Shown here: positions 9,615 through 19,028 of the stretch, in pieces
How positions within the stretch are numbered: the first letter of the stretch is position 1
How the letters are laid out: each line of letters opens with the position of its first letter
Assembly: GCA_020849855.1 (NCBI GenBank)
Contig: JADZFO010000027.1
Span: 2,585-66,584, forward strand
DNA length: 64,000 bases
DNA from: a bacterium
GTDB taxonomy: Bacteria > 4484-113 > JAFGCY01
Reading direction: 5' to 3'
Notes under the pieces: model-generated
The model's input: only the letters and a program-made list of their open reading frames with translations
Database searches by the model: none
Told to the model about the DNA's origin: nothing
Translations under genes and position numbers: made by a program

Positions 9615-10821
9615 GATCCTCCAGTAGTGAGACACCCGGAAGGCTGCTGGTGACACCCAGCGCGGCCGCGACAGTGGCTCCGATGTGGTGAAGGCCGACT
9701 GGCGGGGCAAGCAGCCGGCCTTTGCCACCGACCGTGCTTTGGGCATAGATCAGCAGCGGCACCTGCTCCCGGGAGTGGTCGGTGCTGCTGGTTGTGGGGT
9801 CATTACCGTGGTCGGCGGTGATAAGCAGCAGGTCGGCGGGGCCCAGCAGCGGCAGGCTGCTCTCCAGCCAGCGGTCAAAGGCCTCCAGCGCCCGGCCGAA
9901 GCCCTGCGGGTCATTGCGATGGCCGTAGAGCTGGTCAAAGTCCACCAGGTTGCAGAACAGCAGGCCTTCCCAGCTCTGGTCGCGCAGCAGCTCTCCGGTC
10001 TGGAGCAGCTGCTCCGGCGTAGTGTGAAAGGGAAAACTCTGGCTCAGGCCGCGGCCGCTGCGCGGATAACAGAAGAGGTCAGCAATCTTACCCACCCCGA
10101 TTACGTCCAAACCCTCGCCATGCAGAATATCCAGCAGTGTGGGGGCAGGCGGCTCCAGCGAGAAATCACGCCGGTCGGGGGTCCGGACAAAACCGCTTTC
10201 CGCGGAGCCGGCAAAGGGCCTTGCGATCACGCGGTCCACGGCCAGCGGCCCGCTTAGCAGGTCCCGCGCCAGCTCGCAGCAACGGTAGAGCTCTTGCAGC
10301 GGCACTTTGTCCACATGGGCGGCAATCTGAAAGACGCTGTCCGCGCTGGTATAGACGATCAGCTTGCCTGTGGCGAGATGCTCGCTGCCCAGCTCCTGGA
10401 TGATCTGCGTCCCGCTGGCCACTTTGTTGCCCAGCACAGCATGTCCGCAGGCGGCCTCAAACTGGCGGATCAAGGCAGCCGGGAAGCCTGCCGGGAAAGT
10501 GGGGGCGGCGATCAGCCGCGGCAGACAGCAGATCTCCCAGTGGCCGGTGGTTGAGTCCTTGCCCGCGGAGACCTCCGTCATGCGCCCATGGTGGGCGTCA
10601 AAGGGGCCGCCCGGCGGCAGGCCTGGCAGCTGGTCAGGGTAGAGCGCGCCCAGCCCAAGTCGCGTAAGGGTAGGGAGGCGCAGATCCTGGCCCTGGGCGC
10701 TGCAGGCTTCCAGCACGTGCCGCAGGGTATCGCTGCCGCTGTCGCCATAAAAGGCACTGTCGGGCGCGGAGCCGCAGCCCACGCCGTCCAGTACAAGCAC
10801 AGTCACGCGCCGGAAGTGCAC
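9598..10821 (-). CDS. deoB: Phosphopentomutase.
   Basis: Residues from VTVLVLDGVGCG onward match the DeoB N-terminus, with conserved metal-binding motifs (DHGND, TADHG). The likely GTG start is near 10821. The ORF-track N-terminal extension to 11064 would overlap the next gene. Confidence 0.75.
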   Translation of the reverse strand: MHFRRVTVLVLDGVGCGSAPDSAFYGDSGSDTLRHVLEACSAQGQDLRLPTLTRLGLGALYPDQLPGLPPGGPFDAHHGRMTEVSAGKDSTTGHWEICCLPRLIAAPTFPAGFPAALIRQFEAACGHAVLGNKVASGTQIIQELGSEHLATGKLIVYTSADSVFQIAAHVDKVPLQELYRCCELARDLLSGPLAVDRVIARPFAGSAESGFVRTPDRRDFSLEPPAPTLLDILHGEGLDVIGVGKIADLFCYPRSGRGLSQSFPFHTTPEQLLQTGELLRDQSWEGLLFCNLVDFDQLYGHRNDPQGFGRALEAFDRWLESSLPLLGPADLLLITADHGNDPTTSSTDHSREQVPLLIYAQSTVGGKGRLLAPPVGLHHIGATVAAALGVTSSLPGVSLLEDHDFEP

Positions 10822-10915
10822 ATTGCGATTGTAGGGCAGGCGCGGTGTAAGATGCTGGGGCGGAGGAAGCGTGGACGCTGCTGCGTCGTATCCAGCCGGA
10901 CTGCTTGCGGGCCTG

Positions 10916-12568
10916 ATGGCGCTGGCCCTGCTCGGCTCCGCGCTGCCGGCGCGGGCTGAAGAACCGCGCGACGCCATCAAGCGCCTGCCCGACCTGACAC
11001 ACCAGAGCACCTTTGAGACCTTTGCGGCGGACGGCAGCCAGGGCCAGAGCCGCCAGGAGGACAACTACCTTGGCAGCTGGGACCTGGACTGGTATCCAGG
11101 CACGGTTGCCCTGGCCGGCGGCGTGCGGGTGACCCCGAGCATCAGCTATACCCAGTACCTGAACGACAGGCACGACCGTCTGAGCCGTGGCGGTACTGAC
11201 AGCCGGGCCGACAGCTTCGACTTCCAGCTGCGCCTGGAGCAGGACCAGCGCCTGCAAAGCAGCTTCGCCTGGCATCGCGAGGACCGCTTCAGCGGCAACC
11301 CCGGCAGCAGCCTGCGGCCGGATATGCAGGTGGCCGACTCGCGCAGCTTCAACATCGCGATCAATCAGCTGAACCTGCCCGCGCTGAGCATCTCGGGCGT
11401 GAGCAGCTCCAACTACAGCAGTGCGCTGGACGGCCAGACCGGCAGCGACTACGACAAGCTGCGCTATGGCCTCGATTTCGGCCGCGACTGGCAGACAGCG
11501 GCGATGCGCGCCCGGATGGAAGCCGAGTCATGGCGCAGCCGGATCTATCGCGACGGCTCGGTGAACAGCGGTGATCGCAGCTTTGCCGAGGCCAGTCAGC
11601 GCCTGCGCCTGGGCGCCATCGGCGATCTGAACATGAACTACTACTTCGAGGAAGTCTCGCAGATCAGCAGCGGCTCCATCGAACCATCGCGGGTGGCCTC
11701 CAGCCGCTTCAGCCTGAACCTGCAGGGTTCGCTGAACATCAGCCGCGGGAAGTACGCCTCACCTCTCAGCTATGGCACAAGCTATGCCAATTACACGAAC
11801 CAGACTGTCTCGGGCGCGGCCAACACAACCCTTGGCCGCGTTGAGCGCAGTTTCAACTTCAGGCTGAATGCTCCTGTGCCGGAGGGCAAGCTGGCGCAGT
11901 TCAGTTATGCCACGGCCTTTGGCGAGGACCAGCAGACTGACCGGCGCAACACCAGTGTCAACCAGGACATGCGCTGGGACTTCAAGCCCAACAAGCTGAC
12001 GGACGCTGGTGCCTCTTACTATCAGCAGCGCGATACCGATGAGCTCCAGCGCCTGCGCAACAAGGAATACGACCGGGTGCAGACTTACCTGACCTACCGC
12101 ATCCCGGGCAACCGGGGCAGCGTGAGCTCGGTGTATACCCTGGCCAGTGAGCGTTATCCCTCGACCCTGCGCGAGATCAACAGCACGGAGCTGCGCCTGA
12201 CCAACAGCCTCACCTTCGGCCCGCGCGCCAGCCTGCTGTTCAGCTATACGCAGAACTACAGCGACACGGAGAACAGCCTCTTCCGCGAGACCGGCAACGA
12301 CTACTCCCGGGCGGCGGTGCAGTACCGTCTGAGCACGCCGGACCGGATCAACCTGGACGCGACCTGGAGCCAGCAGACCAACCGCTACTTCCCCGGCACG
12401 ACCAAGCGCGACATCCAGGGCATTGCCCTGGGGCTGAGCTACAGTGCGGCCAACAACTGGAGCTATGCCCTGCGCCTGGACAGCAGCGATGAGCACGAGC
12501 AGAGCGACAGCAGCGGGATCTACCGTTCCGGCGAGCAGATGCAGGCGATTGTGACCTACACTTTCTGA
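10916..12568 (+). CDS. Putative outer-membrane beta-barrel protein.
   Basis: Signal peptide (MALALLGSALPARAEE; the alternative start at 10871 is also possible). Rich in alternating Ser/Thr/Tyr/Asn beta-strand-like segments. It ends in the aromatic C-terminus ...IVTYTF typical of OM barrels. Confidence 0.5.
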   Translation: MALALLGSALPARAEEPRDAIKRLPDLTHQSTFETFAADGSQGQSRQEDNYLGSWDLDWYPGTVALAGGVRVTPSISYTQYLNDRHDRLSRGGTDSRADSFDFQLRLEQDQRLQSSFAWHREDRFSGNPGSSLRPDMQVADSRSFNIAINQLNLPALSISGVSSSNYSSALDGQTGSDYDKLRYGLDFGRDWQTAAMRARMEAESWRSRIYRDGSVNSGDRSFAEASQRLRLGAIGDLNMNYYFEEVSQISSGSIEPSRVASSRFSLNLQGSLNISRGKYASPLSYGTSYANYTNQTVSGAANTTLGRVERSFNFRLNAPVPEGKLAQFSYATAFGEDQQTDRRNTSVNQDMRWDFKPNKLTDAGASYYQQRDTDELQRLRNKEYDRVQTYLTYRIPGNRGSVSSVYTLASERYPSTLREINSTELRLTNSLTFGPRASLLFSYTQNYSDTENSLFRETGNDYSRAAVQYRLSTPDRINLDATWSQQTNRYFPGTTKRDIQGIALGLSYSAANNWSYALRLDSSDEHEQSDSSGIYRSGEQMQAIVTYTF

Positions 12569-12581
12569 GACCGAGCAAGCA

Positions 12582-13130
12582 GTGAAAGACCAAGCAAAAT
12601 CCGGAATCACATCAGTGCTGGCAGCGCTGCCGCTGCTGGCGCTTTGCGCCTGCGGCTCAAGCACAGCGCCGCTGGACGACAGCGGGGTGCAGGTGCTGCT
12701 GGAGCGGCAGATCAGCATCGTGGCGGAAGGGATCGAGCGCGAGGATGCGATCCTGGCCAGCCAGCCGGTGGGCGCGCTGTTCAGCATGGGCGGGAACGTG
12801 GCGCTGCGCTATGGCACTGCGACCTTCCCGCCGGCCGGCATTTCTGAAACCCGCGGCCTGCGGCCTTTCCGGACCTTCTTTGCCGAAGCCTTCAAGCAGA
12901 ATGCCAACATCACCCAGAGCTTTGAGGTCAGCGACTTTGAGCTGAACGGCGATGTCGCCACGCTGACGGTCACCAGCACCTTCAACGCGACGCGCGTGGA
13001 CCTGGTGCCGCCGCAGAACACGACTGCCGAACTGGAGGATTTCATGGTCTTTCAGCGCGAAGGCGGGACCTGGCGGCTGGTGAACTGGGACCAGGTGCCG
13101 GAAGAGACTCCGGAGACCCCGCCGGCCTGA
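12582..13130 (+). CDS. Small lipoprotein, unknown function.
   Basis: Signal peptide with lipobox LLALCACGSS. 13 bp downstream of the OMP gene. Confidence 0.5.
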   Translation: MKDQAKSGITSVLAALPLLALCACGSSTAPLDDSGVQVLLERQISIVAEGIEREDAILASQPVGALFSMGGNVALRYGTATFPPAGISETRGLRPFRTFFAEAFKQNANITQSFEVSDFELNGDVATLTVTSTFNATRVDLVPPQNTTAELEDFMVFQREGGTWRLVNWDQVPEETPETPPA

Positions 13131-13138
13131 GCCGGAAA

Positions 13139-14188
13139 CTAGTCCGGCTGCTCTCCGAAGAGACTGGCCTCTTCTGAACGCGCCAGCTCGCGTGGCGCCG
13201 CCAGGCCAAAGTACTCATAGGCCCGCGATGTGACCATGCGTCCCCGCGGCGTCTTTTGCAGCAGGCCCAGCTTCAGCAGGTAGGGCTCGTGCACCTCGGC
13301 CAGCACATCGCGCTCCTCGTGGAATACCGCGGCCAGGGTGTCCAGGCCGACCGGTCCGCCGGCGAAGCGGTCCATGATGGCGCGCAGAATCTCGCGGTCC
13401 ATGCGGTCCAGGCCCAGGGCGCTGATCCCCAGCGAGGCCAGTCCATCGACGCAGCAGCGCAGGTCAATCTCGTCCTTGCCCTGCACCTGGGCGAAGTCGC
13501 GCATACGGCGCAGCAGGCGCAGCGCAATTCGCGGGGTGCCGCGGCTGTGTGAGGCCAGATGCTGGCGGGCTTCATCGTCAATGCTCATCCCGAGGGCGGG
13601 CGCAGCCCGCAGGATGATGCGGGAGAGCTCTTCGGGTGTATAGAACTCGAGATGGAAGAGCACGCCAAAACGGTCGCGCAGCGGGGCGCTGAGCAGGCCC
13701 GAGCGGGTAGTGGCGCCCAGCAGCGTGAAGGGCTCAAGGGGCAGGCTGATGGTCCGCGCGCCCGGCCCGGTGCCGGTGACAATATCAACGCGGAAGTCCT
13801 CCATCGCGCTGTACAGCGTCTCTTCGACGCCGCGCGGCAGGCGGTGGATCTCATCGATGAACAGGGCCTGGCCTGGTGCGAGGCCGCTGAGGATCGCCAC
13901 CAGATCGCCGGGCCGCTCCAGCAGGGGGCCGGCGCTCACCGCCAGGCTGGTGTCCATCTCACCGGCGATCAGATGCGCCAGCGTGGTCTTGCCGAGGCCG
14001 GGGGGTCCGCTGAAGAGGATATGCTCCAGTGCTTCACCGCGCAGACGCGCGGCGGAGATCATGATGCGCAGGTTGCTGACCAGGCCTTCCTGGCCGATGA
14101 AGTCATCCAGGCGGCGGGGGCGCAGCGAGACGAACTCGGCATCCTCACGGCGAGCCTGGTAGCGCAGAACATTGTCGGCGTTATCCAA
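13139..14188 (-). CDS. ruvB: Holliday junction branch-migration helicase RuvB.
   Basis: Walker A GPPGLGKTTLA, Walker B ALFIDEIHRL, sensor motifs, and the RuvB-type C-terminal winged helix. TTG start immediately after the def stop. Confidence 0.9.
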   Translation of the reverse strand: MDNADNVLRYQARREDAEFVSLRPRRLDDFIGQEGLVSNLRIMISAARLRGEALEHILFSGPPGLGKTTLAHLIAGEMDTSLAVSAGPLLERPGDLVAILSGLAPGQALFIDEIHRLPRGVEETLYSAMEDFRVDIVTGTGPGARTISLPLEPFTLLGATTRSGLLSAPLRDRFGVLFHLEFYTPEELSRIILRAAPALGMSIDDEARQHLASHSRGTPRIALRLLRRMRDFAQVQGKDEIDLRCCVDGLASLGISALGLDRMDREILRAIMDRFAGGPVGLDTLAAVFHEERDVLAEVHEPYLLKLGLLQKTPRGRMVTSRAYEYFGLAAPRELARSEEASLFGEQPD

Positions 14189-14189
14189 C

Positions 14190-14825
14190 TCAGGCTCCGC
14201 TCTGGGGCTCCGGCCCCGGGACAGGTCCGGCGGGCTGCGTCGGTTCGCCCGGGTGCAGCTGGGCCTGCATCGCCCCCAGACGCTCGCGGCGCTTGCGCCT
14301 GCGCTCGGCGGCCGGGCTGAGCTCGCCCTCCTCGCCCACCTCTTCGGGCTCGTCCTCTTCCGGAATCATGCCGTTAACCGCGCGCTCAAAGAGCAGCACG
14401 CCATTGAGGTGGTCGAATTCATGCTGCAACACCCGGGCCATGAAGCCGTCGAAACGCTGCTCATGCTCCTGGAAGTCCAGGTCCTGGTACTTGAGGATGA
14501 TCGCCAGATGCCGTTCCACATCAGCCACCCAGCCGGGAATGCTGAGGCAGCCTTCGCGGGCCACATGCGTCTCGGATGACACTGCGGTGATCTGCGGGTT
14601 GATGTAGCCGCGCACTTCCTCAGTTTCGGGGTTCATTGCGATGAAGAAACGGATGCCCTTGCCCACCTGGGGCGCGGCCAGACCAACGCCAATGTCCTGC
14701 ATGGTCTCGCGCATCTGCTCGAACAGGTGGCGGATTTCTCCGAGCTCTCTCTTTTCAACCCTCCGGCAGGGCCGGGTGAGGATCCGGTTGGGTGCGATAA
14801 CGATTGGCAGGGCCATACTCTGCAA
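14190..14825 (-). CDS. def: Peptide deformylase with an extended acidic/Pro-rich C-terminal tail.
   Basis: Contains the GVGLAAPQVG, EGCLS and HEFDHLNG motifs. It runs about 40-60 aa longer than typical Def. Confidence 0.85.
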   Translation of the reverse strand: MQSMALPIVIAPNRILTRPCRRVEKRELGEIRHLFEQMRETMQDIGVGLAAPQVGKGIRFFIAMNPETEEVRGYINPQITAVSSETHVAREGCLSIPGWVADVERHLAIILKYQDLDFQEHEQRFDGFMARVLQHEFDHLNGVLLFERAVNGMIPEEDEPEEVGEEGELSPAAERRRKRRERLGAMQAQLHPGEPTQPAGPVPGPEPQSGA

Positions 14826-14900
14826 TTATAACCTAGCCATATGTAAAGTATCGCGGCCTCAGGTTAGTATGGAGTGTTGAGGAATACAGGGCCGACCCGT
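14826..14900. promoter_or_regulatory. AT-rich divergent promoter region between def (-) and the first PaaK-like ligase gene (+).
   Basis: A locally low-GC stretch (tgcaattataacctagccatatgtaaagta) lies between divergently oriented gene starts. No defined -35/-10 boxes were resolved. Confidence 0.3.
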
Positions 14901-16247
14901 ATGCCGCTGCGGGGCTGGCGCTGGACTGCGCTTGGCCTGCTGGGTAAGCACGGTGGGAATGCCGCCCGCCGCCGCCTGGCTGAGCTGGAGCGCAGCCAGT
15001 GGCTCGATCCCGGTGCAATGGAGGAGTACTGCCGGACGCAGGTCGCCCGGCAGCTCAGCTTTGCCGCGCGCTTAGTACCCTTCTATCAGCGGCGCTACGG
15101 GGAAACGGAGAGCCTGAGTGATTACAGGCCGCTGACCAGACTGGATCTGCAATCCGGGTTTCAGGAACTGCAGTCTCCCCTGGCGCAGCAGCGCGGGGCC
15201 TGGAAGCTGAGCAGTTCAGGCTCCAGCGGCCAGGTTGTGACCGTGCTGCGCGACCGCCAGACCCAGGCCTGGGCCACGGCCTGCACCTGGCGCGGGGACT
15301 GTTGGGGGGCGCCGATACTGCCCGAGTCACGGCAGCTCAGCCTGTTGAGCAATGTGGGCAACATCGTGGGCAGCCGCCGGGCTCTCAGCCCCCTGGGCAC
15401 CTGGCTGCACAACCGCTATGTTCTGGATGCCATGCGCCTGACACCGCAGCGGGTGAAGGAGCTGCTGGAACGCATCGCGGAACTGCGGCCGCAGGTGCTT
15501 TCAGGCTATCCCAGCGTGCTGCTGCCAGTTGCGAGGATCGCCAGCAGCCATGGCATGCTGGCGCCTGTTCTGCAGAAAGTGATACCTACGGCCGAAAGCT
15601 GCAGTCCTGAGGAGGCGGCAGAGCTGGAGCAGTTCTTCCGCGTCCCAGTGCGGCAGCGCTATGGTTCGCACGAATTCAGCGCGATGGCCCACCAGTGCGA
15701 AGCCGGCCGCTGGCACTGGCACAGCGAGGTAATCTGGCCTGAGGTTGTGCGACAGGACGGCAGTATTGGCCAAAGTGGTCGCGGAAGCCTGCTTTGCACA
15801 TCCCTGGTGAACCAGTCCATGCCGTTGATCCGCTATGAGATCGGTGATGTGGTGGATCTGGACTCTGCCGCCTGTTCCTGCGGGAGAGGGTTGGGGAGTT
15901 TCAGCAGCATCGAAGGCCGGACCCAGGAGCATGTCTACTGCCCGGACGGAAGCTGGATCAGCAGCCATGCATTCCTGGCACCGCTGCGCAGCCTGCCGCT
16001 GCTGCAGTTCCAGCTGGTGCAGGAAATGCCGGATGAGCTGCTGCTGCGTGTAGTGGCACAGGGACCGCTGGAACCCCGGCAGGCGGAGTGGATTCAGGAG
16101 ACCTACCGCCAGATCCATGGCGGGGCCTTCAGGCTGCGCATTGAACAGACTGATGAGCTGGAGCGCAGTCCAAGCGGCAAGCTGCTGCGCTGCATAAACC
16201 GGCTGAAGCGACCTGAGCTGCCAAGCAGCTCGAATTCCACTACGTGA
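14901..16247 (+). CDS. PaaK/CapK/coenzyme-F390-synthetase-family adenylate-forming enzyme, paralog 1.
   Basis: SSGSSGQVVT P-loop (compare PaaK TSGTTGKP). Also RYGSHEF (YGxTE-like), PLIRYEIGD, CSCGRGL and a C-terminal SGK. The ATG at 14901 gives MPLRGWRW, matching the MDWRW N-termini of the other paralogs. A GTG at 14874 is an alternative start. Confidence 0.75.
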   Translation: MPLRGWRWTALGLLGKHGGNAARRRLAELERSQWLDPGAMEEYCRTQVARQLSFAARLVPFYQRRYGETESLSDYRPLTRLDLQSGFQELQSPLAQQRGAWKLSSSGSSGQVVTVLRDRQTQAWATACTWRGDCWGAPILPESRQLSLLSNVGNIVGSRRALSPLGTWLHNRYVLDAMRLTPQRVKELLERIAELRPQVLSGYPSVLLPVARIASSHGMLAPVLQKVIPTAESCSPEEAAELEQFFRVPVRQRYGSHEFSAMAHQCEAGRWHWHSEVIWPEVVRQDGSIGQSGRGSLLCTSLVNQSMPLIRYEIGDVVDLDSAACSCGRGLGSFSSIEGRTQEHVYCPDGSWISSHAFLAPLRSLPLLQFQLVQEMPDELLLRVVAQGPLEPRQAEWIQETYRQIHGGAFRLRIEQTDELERSPSGKLLRCINRLKRPELPSSSNSTT

Positions 16248-16276
16248 GCAAAGTGCACTACGGGGACTAGGCGATA

Positions 16277-17620
16277 ATGACTGCGCTAGTGGGGTTTAGA
16301 ACGGCACTGTGGAAGCTGAAGGCCGGAGTGGATGGCAACCCGGTTTTCCAGCGCTATGAACACCTGATGCAGTCCCAGTGGTTCCTGCCTGCGGAGTTGC
16401 AGGCCCGGACCGCTGAGGCGCTTCAGCGTGTGCTTCTGCACAGTGCGCGCTCTGTGCCCTTTTACCGCAGGCGCAACGCAAAGGCAGATTCGCTGGAGAG
16501 CTTCGGCACCATCAGCCGTGATGAGTTGATCAACGGCTTTGGCCAGCTTCAGTCGACAGACCCCGGACCGCTGCCGCACTGGCAGACCAGCTCCAGCGGT
16601 TCCTCCGGCCAGCCAGTTACGGTCGTGCTGGACAAGGAGTGCAACAGCTGGCGCACCGCGAGCGCCTGGCGCGGCGACACCTTCGGTACCGGCCTCGGCC
16701 CGGATGCCAGGCAGCTGGCCATCTGGGGCAACCCGATGGAGCTGAAGCTGACGCGGCGCATGTTCCAGCGCGCGCTGAACTTCTACCACAACCGCTTCAT
16801 CGTCGACGGCTTCACCATAACCCCCGAGAGCGTCCGCGAGATCCACCGCGTGATGTGGAAGCTGCGGCCCAAGATTCTGTATGGCTATCCCGCTTCCCTG
16901 CACGGCTTTGTGCTCAGCGCCCTGGAGCAGGGCCTGGAGCCGATACCGGTCTGGCGCCTGATGACCACCGGCGAGCAGCTAAACGAAACCCAGAAGGAAG
17001 CCATCGCGCAGTACTTCGGGGTGACGGTCTGCGAGCGTTATGGCAGCCGGGAGTTCGGCTCCATGGCGCACCAGTGCGAGCACGGCGTCTGGCATATCCA
17101 CCAGGAGCACCTGCACTTTGAAGTCCGCCTGCCTGACGGCAGGATCAGCGACAGCGGAACCGGCGACCTGCTGGTGACTTCACTGCACAACTTCACCATG
17201 CCCCTGATCCGCTATGAGATCGGCGACATGGCCAACCTGACGCCGGCGGACTGCCAGTGCGGCCGCGGACTGCGCACCTTCCACAGCCTGCTGGGCCGGC
17301 CCAGCGAGTTTATCTACACGCCAAGCGGGGCCTGGATCAACGCCAATCACTATCACGTCCTGCTGCGGGATGAGCCGGTCCGGCATTTCCGCTTCATCCA
17401 GGACACACCCGGTGAGCTGCGCATGCTGATCGTCCCTCTGGCGGAGATGACGCCGGAGCGGCTGGAGCTGCTGCGCAAGCAGGGCGAAGCCATCGCCAGG
17501 CATGAGCTGAAGCTGCATCTGGAAGTTGTTGACCATATCGACCCGCTGCCCAATGGCAAAAGCCCGGGGGTGCTGAACCTGCTGCCCCGGCCGGAGCTGC
17601 CGGGCCGGCTGGATGTCTGA
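16277..17620 (+). CDS. PaaK/CapK-family adenylate-forming enzyme, paralog 2.
   Basis: SSGSSGQPVT, RYGSREFGSMAHQCE, PLIRYEIGD, CQCGRGL and NGKSP motifs. ATG start. Ends 7 bp before the convergent paralog 3. Confidence 0.75.
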   Translation: MTALVGFRTALWKLKAGVDGNPVFQRYEHLMQSQWFLPAELQARTAEALQRVLLHSARSVPFYRRRNAKADSLESFGTISRDELINGFGQLQSTDPGPLPHWQTSSSGSSGQPVTVVLDKECNSWRTASAWRGDTFGTGLGPDARQLAIWGNPMELKLTRRMFQRALNFYHNRFIVDGFTITPESVREIHRVMWKLRPKILYGYPASLHGFVLSALEQGLEPIPVWRLMTTGEQLNETQKEAIAQYFGVTVCERYGSREFGSMAHQCEHGVWHIHQEHLHFEVRLPDGRISDSGTGDLLVTSLHNFTMPLIRYEIGDMANLTPADCQCGRGLRTFHSLLGRPSEFIYTPSGAWINANHYHVLLRDEPVRHFRFIQDTPGELRMLIVPLAEMTPERLELLRKQGEAIARHELKLHLEVVDHIDPLPNGKSPGVLNLLPRPELPGRLDV

Positions 17621-17627
17621 GTGGCGG

Positions 17628-18938
17628 CTAGGAGCGCAGGGTCAGATTGACCACATGCGGATTCTTGCCGCTGGGCAGGGGCTCAATTCGCTCAACCAGT
17701 TTCAGGTCCACCTTCATGAGCCCGAGCAGCACACCATCAAAGTCCTTGTGCAGCCCGCTGAGCAGCGCCTCATCCTCTGGCGCGAGGCCCTGCAGCAGCA
17801 CCTCAAGGTGGTCCGCGGAGTCCTGGACAATCCTGAAACGCTTCAGGCTCAGGCGACGCAGGAAATTGGTGAAGGCCAGTGAACTGATCAGCCGCCCGTC
17901 GGGGCTGGTGATGTGCTCAGCGACCCGGCCCTCGATGCCGCGGAAGGCCGGCAGACCCCGCCCGCAGTTGCACGGAACCGCTGTTGCATCGACCACATCG
18001 CCTATGTCGTAGCGCAGCAGTGGCATCACACGGTTGCTCAGCGTAGTGCAAACGGCGCGGCCGCAGCCATGGCGGGCGAAGCTGCCATCCGTGAGCTGGA
18101 CCTCGAGCAGGAAGTTCTCACTGTGCCAGTGCCAGTTACCCTGCTCGCACTGATGCGCCATCGAGCCGATCTCCCGGCTGCCATAGCGGCCCAGTACCGG
18201 ACAGCCGAAGTACTCTTCAAAATCGAGGCGCTGCAGTTCGCTGCAGTACTCCGCGGTCGGGATGACTTTACTCACGGCTGGCGCGCGCAGTCCGAGCCGG
18301 CGCGAAATTGACACGAAAGCGCTTAGCGCGGTCACATAACCGTAGATGATCCCCGGGCGCAGCCGCCGGATGCGCTGATGCAGTGCACGGACCTTTGCAT
18401 CGTCAAGGACAAAGCAGTCCAGCAGGAAGCGGTTGCGATAGAGGCTGGATGCGGCTTCAAGCAGCGGGTGCCGGCTTTTAAGGTCCCTGGAGTTGCCCCA
18501 CAGCGCGACCTGCCGCGCCGTCGGCCCTAGCTGGCTGCCCCAGCAGTCTCCCCGCAGGGCGGCTGCATGGCGCCAGGCTGCGCTTGAGCCGTCGTAAACA
18601 ATGCTCACCGGCTCACCGGTTGAACCACTGCTGGTTACGCGGTGCATGGTGCCGCCGGCTTCCAGGTTCATGAGCGAATGCCCAAGGCGCTTGAGGTCAA
18701 CTCGACCTATCAGCGGCAGCTGATCGATTGTAATTACCTCAGAGTCCAGTGGCAGGCTTTGGTAGAAGGGAATGGACTGCCGGGCGTAATCCAGGATCTG
18801 CGCCAGGCGGGAGGCCTGGTAGTTCTCTAGCTGGGCAGGCGTCCACCACTGGGTTTCCAGAAGCAGGTCATATGCAGCAGCCGCCTGGCGTCCTTCATCG
18901 CCGCCAAGCACCTGCCATGCCAGCCAGCGCCAGTCCAC
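17628..18938 (-). CDS. PaaK/CapK-family adenylate-forming enzyme, paralog 3.
   Basis: GTG start giving MDWRWLAWQ. Contains SSGSTGEPVS, RYGSREIGSMAHQCE, PLLRYDIGD, CNCGRGL and SGKNP. Confidence 0.75.
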   Translation of the reverse strand: MDWRWLAWQVLGGDEGRQAAAAYDLLLETQWWTPAQLENYQASRLAQILDYARQSIPFYQSLPLDSEVITIDQLPLIGRVDLKRLGHSLMNLEAGGTMHRVTSSGSTGEPVSIVYDGSSAAWRHAAALRGDCWGSQLGPTARQVALWGNSRDLKSRHPLLEAASSLYRNRFLLDCFVLDDAKVRALHQRIRRLRPGIIYGYVTALSAFVSISRRLGLRAPAVSKVIPTAEYCSELQRLDFEEYFGCPVLGRYGSREIGSMAHQCEQGNWHWHSENFLLEVQLTDGSFARHGCGRAVCTTLSNRVMPLLRYDIGDVVDATAVPCNCGRGLPAFRGIEGRVAEHITSPDGRLISSLAFTNFLRRLSLKRFRIVQDSADHLEVLLQGLAPEDEALLSGLHKDFDGVLLGLMKVDLKLVERIEPLPSGKNPHVVNLTLRS

Positions 18939-18978
18939 ACTTGAATGATAACGCTAGTGTGTCAGTGGATCTTCCTGC

Positions 18979-19005
18979 CACTGCGAGGCATTTTTATTCG
19001 CAGTG
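18979..19005. other. Perfect 8-bp inverted repeat (CACTGCGA ... TCGCAGTG) with a T-rich loop, in the 90-bp spacer between paralogs 4 and 3.
   Basis: Read directly from the sequence (ccactgcgaggcatttttattcgcagtg). No U-tract follows on either strand, so it is not a canonical terminator. Confidence 0.3.
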
Positions 19006-19028
19006 TCAGTCTGAGGCAGAGTGCCGGA

